The notes beneath the pieces were generated by a model. It did not search any database and was not told the origin of the DNA. It saw only the letters and a program-made list of their open reading frames with translations. Of a stretch of DNA of 64,000 nt, positions 1 through 13,939 are shown piece after piece. The stretch covers positions 18,148,792 through 18,212,791 of the forward strand of contig NC_081367.1 in the NCBI RefSeq assembly GCF_030684315.1. Direction: 5' to 3'. The translations under genes and the position numbers were made by a program. How positions within the stretch are numbered: the first letter of the stretch is position 1; each line of letters opens with the position of its first letter. The stretch comes from Stegostoma tigrinum (lineage: Eukaryota).

Positions 1-123
1 AAGGGTCTCGGCGTGAAACGTCAGCTTTTATGCTCCTGAGATGCTGCTTGGCCTGCTGTGTTCATCCAGCTTCACACTTTATTATCTTGGATTCTCCAGC
101 ATCTGCAGTTCCCATTATCTCTG
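1..123 (+). mobile_element. 3' end of a Penelope-like element (pLTR/tail), cut by the window edge
   Basis: AAGGGTCTCGGCGTGAAACGTCAGCTTTT...CAGTTCCCATTATCTCTG matches the terminal ~125 nt of the long PLE copy at 25215-25338. Confidence 0.85.
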
Positions 124-189
124 TTGTAATTAATGTAGTTTTTATTGCAAATTTGTACTTGCTTTGTAATTATTGGGCTTTTGCACCTG

Positions 190-1270
190 GAAACATAGGA
201 TTAGGAACAGGCCAATTAACTCATTACGGCTTGTAGTTCAAGATTGCGGCTGATTTGTTAAGTAACTCTGTTTATTTAATTTATGAATACTACTTGGAAA
301 TTTTGCACTCCCATCTAGATGACTTAAAAGAACAACTATCCTTGTATCAGTGAATATGTGATTATCTATTCCAACGGTTCTCAACCTTTTCAGTATCAAG
401 CATACTTCAATGAGGAAAAACAATTCCACAGCGCACTCAACTTCTTCATACCATTTGCATTGTATCAGAAGTCTACACATACATAGCTCTGGAGGCTTGC
501 GCATGGCAGTCAACAGGGGCTCCTGGTGTCTGCAGATACTGCTTTCAATTATAGACATTGAGGCTCTGCAGGAGCAGAAGAATGGATCTGTCCTCATGAC
601 TAACGTAAAGTGGTGCTGCTTCCTGAAAATTTCACCAGTGTGCCATAGTACTCTGGTTTATAATCTCTGATACATCCCACAGTCGAGGTTGTTGGTTAAG
701 TGTGATGAGTAGTTGAGACTGCAACATGGATCTTTACAGCACTAATCACATCCTGCCAACTGGAGCCACTGTCCATTAACACTTCTCTCTGTCTCCTTGC
801 GCTTAACCCAGTCAGGTCAGTCACAAGTCTTCAATTCCACTGGTTCCAAATTTAGATAGTATTCTCTTTTGTGTTGTATTATGAAAGCCTTCTAGAGGTC
901 TATGCAGATAATATTGTCTGCATTCTCCTGATCACTGCTTTCAAAAACATAAGCTCGAGTCATCGGCTGTGACCTACCCTTTTCAAATCCATGCTGGCTC
1001 TCTCTGATTAGCTGAAAATGTTCACCATGTTCAGCAACTCTGTCCTTAATTATAGACTCCTGTAATTTTCTAAAAACACAAGAAGCTTACTGATTTATAA
1101 TTCTTCTATGTTTTTCTTGCACCTTTCTGACTTAGTAATATGAAGCATACAACCTGAAGGAATGGTACTTGAATCTAAGGAATTTTGGAAGATTATAATT
1201 GGGGTACTTGCAATTTCCTCATCTACATTCTCAAAATTCTGGGATGGACATAATCTGGTTCAGGGCACTT
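190..1270 (-). mobile_element. Old degenerate CR1-type LINE fragments
   Basis: Begins with the reverse complement of a shark CR1 3' tail (AACATAGGATTAGGAACAGGCCA..), like 40495 and 42420; remnants of RT-region sequence at 750-1270; no intact ORF. Confidence 0.45.
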
Positions 1271-2764
1271 GTCTGTTTATTGAAAGTTTATTTATGCTTA
1301 TTTTAGTTAAAATAACAAAGAAAAATCACATAGAACTGTCAGCCAATGACTTACAAGGATATTGGCGGTTTGCATCATAATTATTTGGAGGATGGTAAAC
1401 ACATGAACCTCTCAAATCTCTTCAGCCAAATCCCCATTGATTGGATCTGACACTTCTATGTAAGCAGGAAAGAAAGTCAAAGGGCATTTCAGTGTAACCC
1501 ACAACCTCATCTCCATGTACTAGCAGGTGTAGAAAAATACATGACATTTCACCTGGCTTTTCAATTAGGAAGTGGTCTGCAGCACAGTTAAAGTTAAATT
1601 AGGAGAATAAATGGATGCTAGTGTTAGTCAAATAATATAACAAGGCTGTTAGTAACGTTATCTCAAAGGCTGCTGCTGGTTCATCTTTTATATGATGTTT
1701 ATGATCACCTTCTAAGTAAAATATATGAGATAGAATCAGAAAGTCTGACTAAACTATGAAAAAAATCTACTAAATAATAATTATTTTATATATAAGCATA
1801 AGAAATTATATTTCACTTTCATGGAGTGTTAGTGACAAGATGCAATGATTCAAGATATCAACATAAAACCATTTCTCTAAGATACCTATGGCACCATAAG
1901 ACATAAAGTACCATATAATGCGATAAGAAAGTATGAGAACATTTAATGCATCACACCTGTGCCAACTCTTTGAAAGATGTCAAATTAGCTCCAGTGAACG
2001 CTGGTAGGTTATATTTTGAAAACATCACTCTATCCCCAGCATATAGCAACATTTTATCCTTTATCTATTTATTCAATTCCAGTTTGAAAGTTACTATTGA
2101 ATCTGCTGTCACCATCCTGTCAACAGTTAATTCCTGATCAAAACCTTGTGTACAAATTAAAAAATCTCCTCATCTTGCTACGGGTTCTTTTGTCAATTAT
2201 CTGAAAACTTTTCATGGTTTTAAACATAACGTGAGCTCCAAAACCTTCTGTGTTTTCTCTACAGAATCAAAATCCATCATCTTTGATTCTTTGGCAGCTT
2301 CTGTCTCATAAGACAATGGTACACCATGTGGTTGTCAACTCTTTGTTGAACATTACCTGGTCTGGTTCAAAAGCTTTACTGTGGTATGGCAGCCACCCTG
2401 GTGCTTGCTGCAGAGAAAGACAGTGGGCTGATAAGTTATAGGGTTAACTGGCCTCTGTTCACCTCTCTTCTTGAGAAGTGGAGCTTTTTATTAGCTCTTT
2501 AAATGTCTCTCCAAACAGCCAACCTCTACAAGTCACAGCCATTGGTGACTGTCTCCCATCTGTATGTATTGATGTCTGCCAAGTTATTATCACATGTGCA
2601 TCTGTCGTTGTAGTGGAGCTACAGGCATTGAGTAGCTCATTGAAAGTTCACTATACAGAAGGTCCCTGGGTACATGTTTGATATCCATGTGATGGATGTG
2701 GCTGAGTTGGTACATTGTCATTGGTTTAGCATTGGGAGTATAACAATGGAATTAAGGAGCTAAT

Positions 2765-2880
2765 TGTGGTGTGATGGTAAGGCCCCTACCTCTGAGCCAG
2801 CAGGTCCAGATTCAAGTCACACCTATTCCAGACATAAGTTAATGATATTGCTGACAGGCTGATTAGAAAATATTTATGAA
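2765..2880 (+). mobile_element. tRNA-derived SINE remnant
   Basis: A-box-like TGGTGTGATGG and B-box-like GATTCAAGTC; a similar sequence occurs inverted at ~15750-15945. Confidence 0.45.
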
Positions 2881-3744
2881 AATGGAATTTGCACAGCTCT
2901 TCCGTTTTACAGAGTTTATCTTACAAGGAGATACAAAACATACATCTATAATACAAATATAGAAACTATCTATTCTTTTCTCATAAATTATACAACTCTA
3001 GTCCACCTCTGCGTATCCTATAAGTCTTTGACCTCCCATTCTATTCTCTACTGCATTTCCGATTTTTTGCTATTTGCAAACTTTGAAATTGTGCAACATG
3101 TCCATGCCATTAATATATCCAAAAGGTGAAATTCAGAATTACTCTCTGTTTCTATCTCTTAGTCAATCTTGCATCTCGGCTAGGACTACTTCTTTAAACC
3201 CATGGCTTGAGTTCCACTAATGATTATGTAATGACTATTGAAATGCCTATTGTCTACACACTATCAACTGCATTATATTACACATATAATTTCATTTTAA
3301 CTCAATCTATGTAATTGAACACAATCTTCTTTAATAAATTCTCCCTGACCACGTGTTATGAAATGACAATTGATGTGTTTCTGATTGTGTCTTTAAATGG
3401 CTCCTCACATTGATTTCAGGCTGAATGACCTATAGTTGCTAGGATATTGTTCTCCTGATATTAGAATTGGAGCCCATCACTGACACCTCACCCATATCTG
3501 AGGAATATCACTGGTGTATCTGTCTGATCTACATGTGACTCCTGATCCACAACGACATGGTTGACTCTCAAGTGCCCTCCAAAATGGTTTAGAAGGCACC
3601 GAGAATAATGAACCCACTACATGTAAGAAAGGGAGCCATACCAGATAGGCCATCTGACATCAACCTATGCAGCAGAAATGACAATGGCTAACCCAATCTG
3701 TCAAAACTGAAAGGCCTCTTTATTGGCATGTAAGGGTTTGTTCA

Positions 3745-5170
3745 AAAGCTAACCTATGTTTTGTGGCTTATCCTTTTTTTTGAACAATAGCATAGTGTTT
3801 GCAATTCCCCAGTCCTCTGGCCCTCCTCCTGAAACTAAGGAAGATTGGAAATTTATGGTTAGTGCCTGCATAATTTCTGCTCTCATTTTGAGTATCGTTG
3901 GAAGCATCTTATTGGTCCCAGATGATGGGTCACCTGTAATTACTGATAGCCCATTCTTTCAACCATTGAACCCTTCCTGCCAATGAATTGTCTCACGGTG
4001 GCCTGGATAACATCTTCCTTGGTAAAGACAGATGCAATATGTTAATTTATTACTGCAAGTGGGCCTGCTGCTTCCATATATAGATCCCTTTCTTTGTTTC
4101 TAATAAGCTGGATCCTTTTTACCACACTTTCATTATTTATATGCCAGAAGAAGATTTTGAAACTTCCCTTTATGTTAACTGCCAATCTTTTTATATACTC
4201 AGTTTTTGCTTCTCTTATTTGCATTTTCACATCCCATCTGAACCATTTACACTCAGCCTGGTTCTCTGTTGTATTTTCTACCTGATACCTGTAATCAGTA
4301 TTTACTTTCTCCTTTATGTTAATTTCTATCTTATTTTTCATTCAGAGAGCTCTGAGTTTGTTTATCCCACTGTTCCCTTTTCAGAGAATATACCTTCTGC
4401 CCAAACCAATTTCTCTTTGTTTAGGTCAGTTCTCCCCAGTCCATATAGCCTAGCTCTGTTTTTGCCATTGAAGTCAGCCTTCCTTTAGTTAATTGTTCTT
4501 AATCTAACTGTACATTGTTCTTTTCCATGGTCATTCTAAACCTTATATCACATTGATAACTGTTCTCTAAATCTTCTCTCACTGACAGTTGATCTCCTTG
4601 ACCCACCTCATTCCTAAGAAGTAGGTCTTTTCTGATTGGATTGGACACGTATTGTTATAGAAAATTCTCCTGAAGCCAACCTAAGAATTCTCGTCCCTTT
4701 ACAATGCCATTATTCCAGACTGCATTCAGGTAACTGAAGTCCTCCATTGTAATTTAATGTTTCCACCACTCTATAATTTCATTGCAGAATTGTTCTTCTA
4801 TTTCTTCCCACTAGTATTGACTTATTGACTTGAACAGGCAATATAATTTCTTTTGATTTGTCCCTTAGCTGTAGATAAATTGATTTTGCCAGGGGCATCC
4901 TCTCTCTCCTTATCAATGCAATGTTCTCCTTAACCAGTATTACCACAGCTGTCTTCTTTACTTCTTTTCCTGTTTTTCATGGACATCTTGAATGTAAAAA
5001 CTTTTGACAGTCAGTCTTCGATGTGCCAGGTCTCTATTATAGCCACAGTATGCTACACTTCAAACTGGCGTTGTAACTGACAAATCTTATTTACAATTCT
5101 CTGTGCATTCATATATATGCACTATAATCCTGTTTAGCTTGTTTCAATTTCTCCTTTATTCCTTGTTCAG
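3745..5170 (-). mobile_element. Degenerate CR1-type LINE ORF2 fragment
   Basis: ORF 4042-4341 peptide IREAKTEYIKRLAVNIKGSFKIFFWHIN is typical of the CR1 endonuclease-RT tether region. Confidence 0.6.
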
Positions 5171-5184
5171 GATCTTCATTACCT

Positions 5185-5480
5185 GGTATTCATATGACAC
5201 AAATGTTACTTGCCGAAATTTATCTGAACTCTGAATGTTGTCAAGGTCTTGCTGTATATGAGCAAGGATTGCTCCAGGACATGAGAAGATGGAAATGATA
5301 CTGAAATTGTGCAATCATCAGCAAACATCCCTATGTCTGCCTTTGTATTGCAGTGAGGGTTGTTGATGAATTGGCTGAAAATGGTTGGGCCCAGAACACT
5401 GGCTTGAGGAACTAATGCAGCAATGTCTTCAAGTTGAGATGATTCCCCTTCATCAACTATAACCACCTTTCTTTGTGTGA
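5185..5480 (-). mobile_element. Non-LTR retrotransposon RT core fragment
   Basis: VPQASVLGPTIFSQFIN...GMFADDCT matches the RT motifs (G)VPQGSVLGP and (Y/F)ADD. Confidence 0.75.
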
Positions 5481-7514
5481 TTCATTGTCCCAAATTATAT
5501 GGCAACTTCTCCCAATCTGCCTTGGTGAAGGTTGAATCCATGTCTTGGGAAAGTAGTCCAGGCCTTTGGATTACTACTTCAGAAACAGTACCACACTGCT
5601 ACTACCCCGTTCTCTTTTTTCAAAAAGCAGTTTTCTTGACCATAAATGGCAAGAAATGAACTGTAATATGTAACTTCAAAAATGAGGCTCAAACCTTCTG
5701 ACTGAAATTCAGGGGCATCAACTCTGAGAAATAACAGAAGAAACCAGAATGCTTGACAATAGTGATGTGAGGATGAATTTACCAATGTTGAGCTGTCAGT
5801 GGTCAGCTGCACACTGACGATAAAATGAGTTGCAGATGGGGCCTGATGCTTTCAACAAGAAAAATGTAGGAGAAAGGTGAAGGCCATTCAGGAAAACATG
5901 GCTCCGAGGTTCAAAAGCTGGCGTATAAGATGAATGAAGAAAATGATATCTTGCGATGAAATGCAGCTTCTATGACTGGAGAACTACAAAAGGGGCAAGA
6001 TTTGTTAACAATATAGGAAACAGATACCACCCCTAACTCTGACATGTTGTGTAAAAAGAAAACTACTGTTGGCAGAACGTTCACTTTCATGAAAAGTGTG
6101 CACTTTGTAAGAAAGAACAACCTGTGCTGCACACAAAACCTGTATGAAACGCTCTAAGGCTTGTCCTACAGTATGTTGAAGCCATTTGTGACACTTTAGA
6201 ATTTAAATCCTAAATTATTACCATTGTCTGATTTAAATTTCATGGCTAAAAGCTACAAACATGCCTGTTTCTCTCCAGTAACAAGCCAGCTGCACAGCTC
6301 CATGAGCACCTTTGCAGGTCCATTTTGGTTCATTACCAGAAGAGCTGTGATTTCACTGTTTGTGATTCACCTTAAGTGAGAAGACAAGGAATGGGAAAAT
6401 TCCTTTTGGGAGCTGTTGATATTATATCGACAAGCAAGCATAAACAGATACTTGAAATTAGTTCAACATTCAATGCAAGTTCAAGCATTTAATAGGCATT
6501 TGATGTTAATTCTTAATAAATTGCACATGTGGGTGCACTACAGTATAAGTATTGTTTCTGAACTATAATATACCCAGGAATGATTTTAAATTAAAGATTA
6601 TAGATCAAACACATTGGAGCCTACTAGATATAATGTGTGCAGGCAGTTGCCATTGCACTTTTTGTGCTCTGATCTAACAACTTCCCACATAGCAGAAGTG
6701 CTCACAATTGTAGAATTGAGAGCAAGTCAAAACAGTACAAATGTGAATATGGGGGTGAATGCTGCAATTGTCAAGTTTTTGAAGGGTTGAGCTGCAAAGC
6801 AAAGGACTTTTAAGATCAAAATCCCATGGGTCAACTCCATGTATCAAATATTTTGCAATAAAACCAGAGTTTCAGTATGAATCTGAATGTGGATTTACAT
6901 CGAAATTCTAATATCACTAAATGTGCAAACTACCTTGCACTGTCCCTGAGGTTAGGGTATGAGAACACCATATAATTATTCAGATAGATTTAAGAGAATC
7001 TTGTCATTTGAATCATTTGACAAGATTCTTATTCTAGAAGGGAATTAATTTTCTGAGGGCATATATTGGAATTCAAACCCACTCCCCATGAACCTTGTAC
7101 ATTTCTTTTTTGAAATGAAAATAATAATCACTGCATGCCTGAATTCTGATTGAGTTATAAAATCACTCTTTTGATTACTTTTGTGCTTCTTAATTTAGAA
7201 ATGAAATTCAATTTTATTAGTGCTCTGCGTTTTTGAAATGCCACAAGTGGACATGTGACAAATGTGAATGAGAAAGGCCATTTAGTCAATCCTACTGTAA
7301 TCATCAGAAAAAATTCTATCATTCCCTTTCAAGTCATCCAGTTGTTTTCTTGATTGCAAGACATTTATCTACATCATCCGTCGTTGAGATTTACTCCATG
7401 CGTTAATTTATTTTCAAGTGAATTAAAACCTCTCCCAGTTTGCCTTTTGGCATTCTGAAGCTATGTTAACTTGGATGAAACAAGAGAATGAAGCAAATTC
7501 AATTACCATTTAAA

Positions 7515-7697
7515 TAAAAAAAAGAACTGCAGATGCTGTAAATCAGAATCAAAAATAGACAGTGTTGGAAAAGCTCAGCAGGTCTGGCAGCATCTGTGGA
7601 GAGAAATCAGAGTTAACATTTTGGATCAAGTGACTTTTCCTCAGAACTCAACACTGAGGAGGGGTCACTTGACTTGAAGCATCAATTCTGATTTCTC
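7515..7697. mobile_element. Old PLE-derived hairpin mini-element ('family C')
   Basis: AGAACTGCAGATGCTG..CTCAGCAGGTCTGGCAGCATCTGTGGAGAG arm followed by a short inverted arm with a degenerate hammerhead core (CTGAGGAGGGGTC..GAAGCATC). Confidence 0.6.
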
Positions 7698-8289
7698 AGT
7701 TACCATCCATTGGATCTGTGCATTGTAGTCTTACATTAACACTGATAGTTAAAACAATGCATCAATAAGAGAAACCACTCCCACCTCAGAGGAGGTAAGA
7801 GGCTATTGACTAAAGATGTTTTCAAGTAACTCCTCGACATGAGAAAAAGTTTATGATATAAGGTTAATTGTCCAACTCACCAACAAGCTGTAAATTTGCT
7901 CTACTGAAAAAAATGAGAAAGTGCAGTTGTCATTGTGCAAAGAATTTTTCTGAAAATCATTGGAATACACTGTAAATGTTTCTATTAATAAGTATGTTAT
8001 TTCTCAAAGGAATTAGTTTGGTTCAAGACGTTCTTATCAAATATATTTTTGTTGTTGGCAAACAATAACATACTTTACTTCAAAAAGAATAAGGTTGTAT
8101 AATTGTGGCACATGATGTAATTCAACATGATTAAGATAATTGCATACATTTTCCAAATAAATGTAATGAAAATTTTGTGTTTAACTTGGGCAGAGTCTCT
8201 TTTGAGCAAAACAGTTTTATCTTCCTGTAACTATGGACATGAAAGGTCAAAAGTTGAACAGACATTTAATCATGACAGCAAAGAGAGAT

Positions 8290-9600
8290 TCAGGCTGAAT
8301 TTTAACCACAGAGGCAGGAACAAGTGCCAGGTCTGTTTCTAGGTCACAAACCCACCTCTGATAGGAAACTGATTGAACTGCAGATGGAATTAAGCCTTTG
8401 ATTGAAAAGGTGAGAAGTTGTCTGTTTATTTAGAGCCAGTGGAAATGTGTCAATCCGGTGAAGTGTGGAACTCATTTAGATTCCCTACAGTGAACTTCAC
8501 TGACACTGTTGGGAGATGTCATTACTCCTTCACATCCCTCAAGTCATGTTATCTCCCAAGGGAGAGATTCATATTTTGTGCCAAAATCTTCCACAGCAGA
8601 AGAGTAGGATGTGACATGGGAGCCAGAAGCCAGTACAGGACCCGTGCTCTGCTACCTTAATGCTCACCTAGTATCTAATGCCAGAGGCAACGGGAGAGAG
8701 AGGAGCACTCCTCTTCCAGAGGATGGCAGAAGGAGGCTACCTCACTGTGCAGCAGGGGCATTTCATTGCACAACATTATCTCCAGTTCAACTTCCTCTGT
8801 CACTTCCTGCTGCTCCCTCAATAAGCTATCTCCTTCTAGGGCCTTGATATCCTCACAATTCACTCCATGCTGGAGGTCCATGTTAGAATGAGCACCACTG
8901 TGACTGATAGGCTTGCAGGAAAATAGTGAAGGTGTCCAAACTCATATCTCTATAAACATGATGACCTGGTCAATGGCCCTGTTGAGAAGGTGGGATTAGT
9001 TGTTACATCTCTGTAGTTTTGTCTGATGTTCCTGTGGAGGGATTAATAAATATTCTTTGTCCCTTGGATCAAACCATTCACTTTGTGGGGTGAACTGAAG
9101 ATCTAAGGAAGATGAAGGATTCATAGCAACTATGAGAAAACTCTTGCAATGGTTGTAGACCAGTTGGACACTGAGGGAATAGAATCCCTTCCTGTTGTTG
9201 AAATTTACCAGTTGGCCACTAGGTGCTTTGATAACCCCATGAATGTACCAATGAAACCTTCCTTTTGGGGGAATAGAGTGATGGAAGGGAAACCCAATAC
9301 TCCCTGTCCCCATAAGACAGTGCCTTTTGTTAAATTAATGTGCTGTCCAACTCTGGAAAAGAAAATACTTTCTGACCAGAGAGATGCAGTTGTGCAATGT
9401 CATTTGTGAGATACCATTGTCCAAGGTGTGCAGTTGATCCTTGCAAGGAGCCAGAAGCAAAGACTTTCAAGGTCACAGTGACTTTGACACCCTTTATTGA
9501 GCAGTGCGTGAGGTGTAGAATCCTCAGTGACAAGGACACAACTTCCTTTCCTTCTTTTTCTGCCATTACCCCCCAAAGTTTGGAATTTTGCTTCATCATC
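8290..9600 (-). mobile_element. Degenerate PIF/Harbinger DNA transposon (HARBI1-like DDE transposase remnant)
   Basis: Peptides VKVTVTLKVFASGSLQG, HGVIKAP...NFNNRKGFYSLSVQLV and DKEYLL..PQ....QRCN resemble Harbinger transposase motifs; several frameshifts; TIR-like GGCTGAATTTTA at ~8293. Confidence 0.7.
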
Positions 9601-10280
9601 CAGAAACAGACCCTTGTTCTCACATTGCCCACTGCTTTCCTTCTGAGCAGATGTATTTATATTTGTACATTGTAATCGAATTGACACAAAAACCGTAATC
9701 CTAGACCACTTCCTGAGCAAACTGTTTTATTCTTGAGTTTTAATTCTAGCTAGATGAGTTTAACTCTGTGCTATCAGTGATGAGTGTTGCAAACAGGAAT
9801 TACAGTATAAATTTCACTGCAGACACTGGGCCAAAAATAAATCCTGAGGCCATCCTTCCAAGACACAGGACAGAGTCAACAATATTCCCAGAAGCGACTT
9901 CCTAATTTCCTGCAGACTTGCCATCCAATTTAGGGCAGCAATTGGAAGGTTTCTGATGCTGTTGGCCAATCAGAAGACTGGCAGCTATGATACTTCTATA
10001 ATGTCACTGGGTGTTCTGGGTGACAGGTATGTTAAAATTAAACTTGAGGGAGTTGAGGGAAGTAGGCCCTGTAGAGTTGTAGGAACCCCTCCAACAGATT
10101 AATGGGACAGAGAAGGCTGTACTTTCCAGAAATGGTTTGTTCAGCCGTTAATAGAAGAACTGCAGATGATGTCAATTGTCCTCACCAAAGTTCTGAGTCT
10201 GGATTCTCAGCATCTCTTGTAGATGGAAATGATCTGGTGGCAGCTCATTTCCATATTCTGGTCAGCTCTTCCTCTCATTT
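9120..10280 (+). repeat. Left arm of a ~1.16-kb inverted duplication
   Basis: Reverse complement of 16389-17551 with only scattered substitutions; ORF track shows near-identical peptides on opposite strands (10102+ vs 16346-, 9400- vs 16949+). Confidence 0.95.
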
Positions 10281-11029
10281 TATTTTACCTTCATTCATGT
10301 AATGTAGCATGGTGTGACATTGTACTCGGAGGTTACTGTAAGACACATTAGTTATTCTCCATTGGTGCACCCCAACTGGGACGTAGGTGAGTTCTTGATT
10401 GGTTGTGCCTAGCCCATGGAGTGTAGACTAGAGAGGAAACTGGAAATGAGGTCTATCAAAGCATGTTGTTCACAAGCCTGATTGTGGCGCCGTGGGCCTG
10501 ACACCCAATGCAGTTTTCCTTTGATTCTGAAGTTGCTTGCCACTTGCAAAATGGAACTTTTGGCAATTTTTGCTTTCTAACACAGCAAATTAGTTTTATT
10601 TAAACACACGTACGGACATCCTCAGGCCCACATGCTTGTAGCCCACACTCATGCCCACACACAATAGTTTATGCACTGGTAAACTCTTACCCATTTCCTG
10701 CAATGCTAAGACTACTGCAATGCAGACCATTGAGCATTTGGACTTCTTGTTTTGCATTTCCAATTGTGATGAATATTTCTCTCTTTAAGTTACAGATCTA
10801 ACACTGGTCACTTTATTCTAAGTGGAAGAAATGTTACCACTTCTATCATGGAAAATAACCATAAACTGCAAGTTAATGAATTCACTAATTAAAGATAATT
10901 TTTTTCTTATTTTACCAGCAATGGACAAACATGAGTACAATAGCAGGATGCATGATAAAATTTCACAAAACAAACCATGTATTTTCAATATGAATTCTAT
11001 TCTCTTACCATTCTCATATGATTCGCACC

Positions 11030-11175
11030 TTTATCATTTCAAAGTAAAATACTGCACATGCTGGAAAACTGAAACAAGCACAGGAAGTTCTGTAGAAATT
11101 CAGCATATCTGGAAACAACTGTGGAGAGAGAAGGGGAGTTAATATTTTGAATCTGATATGACTGTTCTTCAGGAT
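11030..11175 (-). mobile_element. Single-arm family C PLE-derived fragment
   Basis: AAAGTAAAATACTGCACATGCTGGAAAACTGAAACAAG..TGTGGAGAGAGAAGGGGAGTTAATATTTT, degenerate. Confidence 0.5.
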
Positions 11176-12509
11176 AGGGCTGAGCCAATTGGTTCCTACT
11201 TCCTTTACGTTAGGTAAATCTATTGATGATTGAGAGTGGCTGTGGGTGGAGGGCAACCTGAGAGGTTGGAGTAACACCTTGGGGTGTGACGGCCCTGTAA
11301 TGCACAGGGAAGCCTGCCAGACTGGTCAGTTGGTATTGTGCCTTTCCCTCCACAGGTTAAATTTCAGTTTGGTCCAATATAACAAATATCCAATGCCACA
11401 CCAATTATAGATATTATTGTGGTAGAGGCAGGGCGAGCAGGTCATTCACTAGATTTAACAACCCCTGAATCTTTACTCCTGTCAATGGGGCAAGAATAAA
11501 GTTGAGTCCCTCCTGCCCTTCAGTACCCCACTATATTCACAAGTCACTAGCAATCTGAAGTATAAAGTAAATGTATGCTTCTGGTACTTATCCCATAATG
11601 AAGATATAAGGAGGGGAGTGAGTTAAAATCAAGAAAAACACCCATCTCCAATGCTCTCCTTGTCTACTCGTTGAAAACCATCTCCCCTTATTTTAAAATC
11701 TCCTCAAACCATAAGTGTATGTTATTTTTGTATGTGTAGTATGCTTAACATATTCATTCAATCCTCCACCTACTTGATGCTGGTATCTCTGTCTATCTCT
11801 CTGCCAAATTTAGATTGCTGCAGTAATGTTACATGCAGACTCAGCAGTGGGACAGTCTGAGAAGTTCTGTCCAAACCCCCAGGACTCTGTGCAAATGCCT
11901 CTGACTCTGAATTAGGGCTGAAGAGTAGGGAGTGATTTGAAATACTCCCCTGGATAATTAATTACCCAATGTTCGATAGATTAAAACCAAGTTTAATTGT
12001 TAGGTAACTATACCGCTGACACCTGTGACTCCCCAGTGATCTTCCTGCCATGTTTCCTGACCCTGTGACTGCCTACTTATCCTCTGGCACCACCGACCAT
12101 CAAGCATCCCCTGACCTTCTGACTCCCTGATCCTTTGACACCCCGACCATTCAACACACCCCCAACTGTCCGAATCTCCCAAACGTCTGACACAGCCTCG
12201 CCCTCTGACATGCCCTGAATCTCTAACTCCCCTCCTGAACCATTGTCAACCCAAACCTTTGCTCCTTTCTGACCCACCAAACCCCCCTTTCAACACTTTA
12301 ACTCCACCCATGCTCTGATCATCCTAAATATCTGAATCTATCGCTCAATCTCACCATCTAAATCCTGAATCCCTTCTACCCTGATCTGACTTCACCACCA
12401 TATCACCCCATCCAGCTGCTACCCTGATGCATAACTCGCTCACACTCCTTCATCAATATACAGTAAAGTTAATTAATTTAAATAATCGCATGATGGTATT
12501 GGGAAGACT

Positions 12510-13915
12510 GATCACTGTACAGACCTTGTGGAGACAAAGCCTTGCCTTTACATTGAGTATACCATTTATCGTGTTGTGTGGCACTATCACTGTGCTAAAT
12601 GGGACAGACTTCAAACAGCTCTGGCAACTCAAGACGGGGCATCCATGAGGTGCAGTGAGCCATCAACAGCGGCAAAATTGTACTCCAGCACAATCTGCAA
12701 CCTCATTGCTCAGCATCTCCTTCACTCAACCATTACCATCAAGCCAAAGGATCAAACCTGGTTCGCCAGAGAGTGCAGGAGGGCATGTCAGGAGGAGCGC
12801 CAGGCATACTTAAAAAAACAAGGTGACTGTCTGGTGTAGCTACAAAACAGGTCTATTTGCATGTCAGTTAGTTAGAACAGCAAGCGATAGATAGAGTTAT
12901 GTGATCCCACAATCAATGGATCAGATGTAAACTCTGCAGTCTGCCACATCCAGTTGTGAATCGCGGTGAACAATTAAACAACTCACTGGAGGAGAAGGCT
13001 CCAGAAATATCCCCATCCTCAATGATGGAACAGCCCAATATATCAGTGCAAACAAAAAGGCTGAAGCATTCACAGTAATCTTCAGCCAGAATTGCTGAGT
13101 AGATGAACCACCTTGAACTCCTCCAATGGCCTCCAGCATTGCAGATACCAGTCTTCAGCCTATTTGATTCACTCCGCACAAAATCAAGAAACAGTTGGAG
13201 GCGCTGGATACAGCAAAGGCTATGGCCCTGACAAAATTGTGACAATAGTACTGCAGAGTTGTGCTCCAGAACTTGTCATTCCCCTAACCAAGTTCTTCCA
13301 GTACGGCTACAACACTGCCATCTACCCAAAAATGTGGAAATTTGTCTAGGTCTGTGCTGTACACAAAAAGCAGGACAAATCCAATCTGGCCAATTACTGC
13401 TCCATCACAGTCTACTCTCGATCATCAGTAAAGCGATGGAAGGTGTCATCAGCAGTGCTATCAAGCAGCAACTGCTCAGCAATAACCTGCTCAGTGATAA
13501 TGGGAACTGCAGATGCTGGAGAATCCAAGATAATAAAGTGTGAAGCTGGATGAACACAGCAGGCCAAGCAGCATCTCAGGAGCACAAAAGCTGACGTTTC
13601 GGGCCTAGACCCTTCATAAAGGGTCTAGGCCCGAAACGTCAGCCTTTGTGCTCCTGAGATGCTGCTTGGCCTGCTGTGTTCATCCAGCTTCACACTTTAT
13701 TAACCTGCTCAGTGATGCCCAGTTTGGGTGCTGCCAGGACCACTCCGCTCCTGACCTCATTACAGCCTTAGTTCAAACATGGACAAAAGAGCTGAATTCC
13801 AGATGTGAGGTGAGAGTGACAGCCCTTGACATCAAGGTCACATTTGACCAAGAGTGGTATCAAGGACCCCTACCAAAACTGGAATCAATGGGAATCAGAG
13901 GCAAACTCTCCATTG
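12510..13915 (+). mobile_element. Non-LTR retrotransposon ORF2 fragment (CR1/L2/Jockey supergroup), interrupted by a PLE mini-element
   Basis: SKGYGPDKI..VLQSCAPELVIPLTKFFQ and LLSDAQFG..QDHSAPDLITALVQTWTKEL...TALDIKVTFD are RT domain 1-3 motifs; ends in a 17-bp tandem duplication (13898-13937). Confidence 0.8.
13497..13700. mobile_element. Palindromic PLE mini-element (family A) with TSD
   Basis: ~120-nt minus arm plus ~80-nt plus arm; TAACCTGCTCAGTGAT duplicated at 13483-13498 and 13701-13716; the host LINE frame resumes after it. Confidence 0.9.
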
Positions 13916-13939
13916 AGGCAAACTCTCCATTGAGGCACA

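Noticed and set aside
5800-6150. Possible minus-strand exon in unique-looking sequence
   Set aside because: No frame gave a recognisable protein; unsupported
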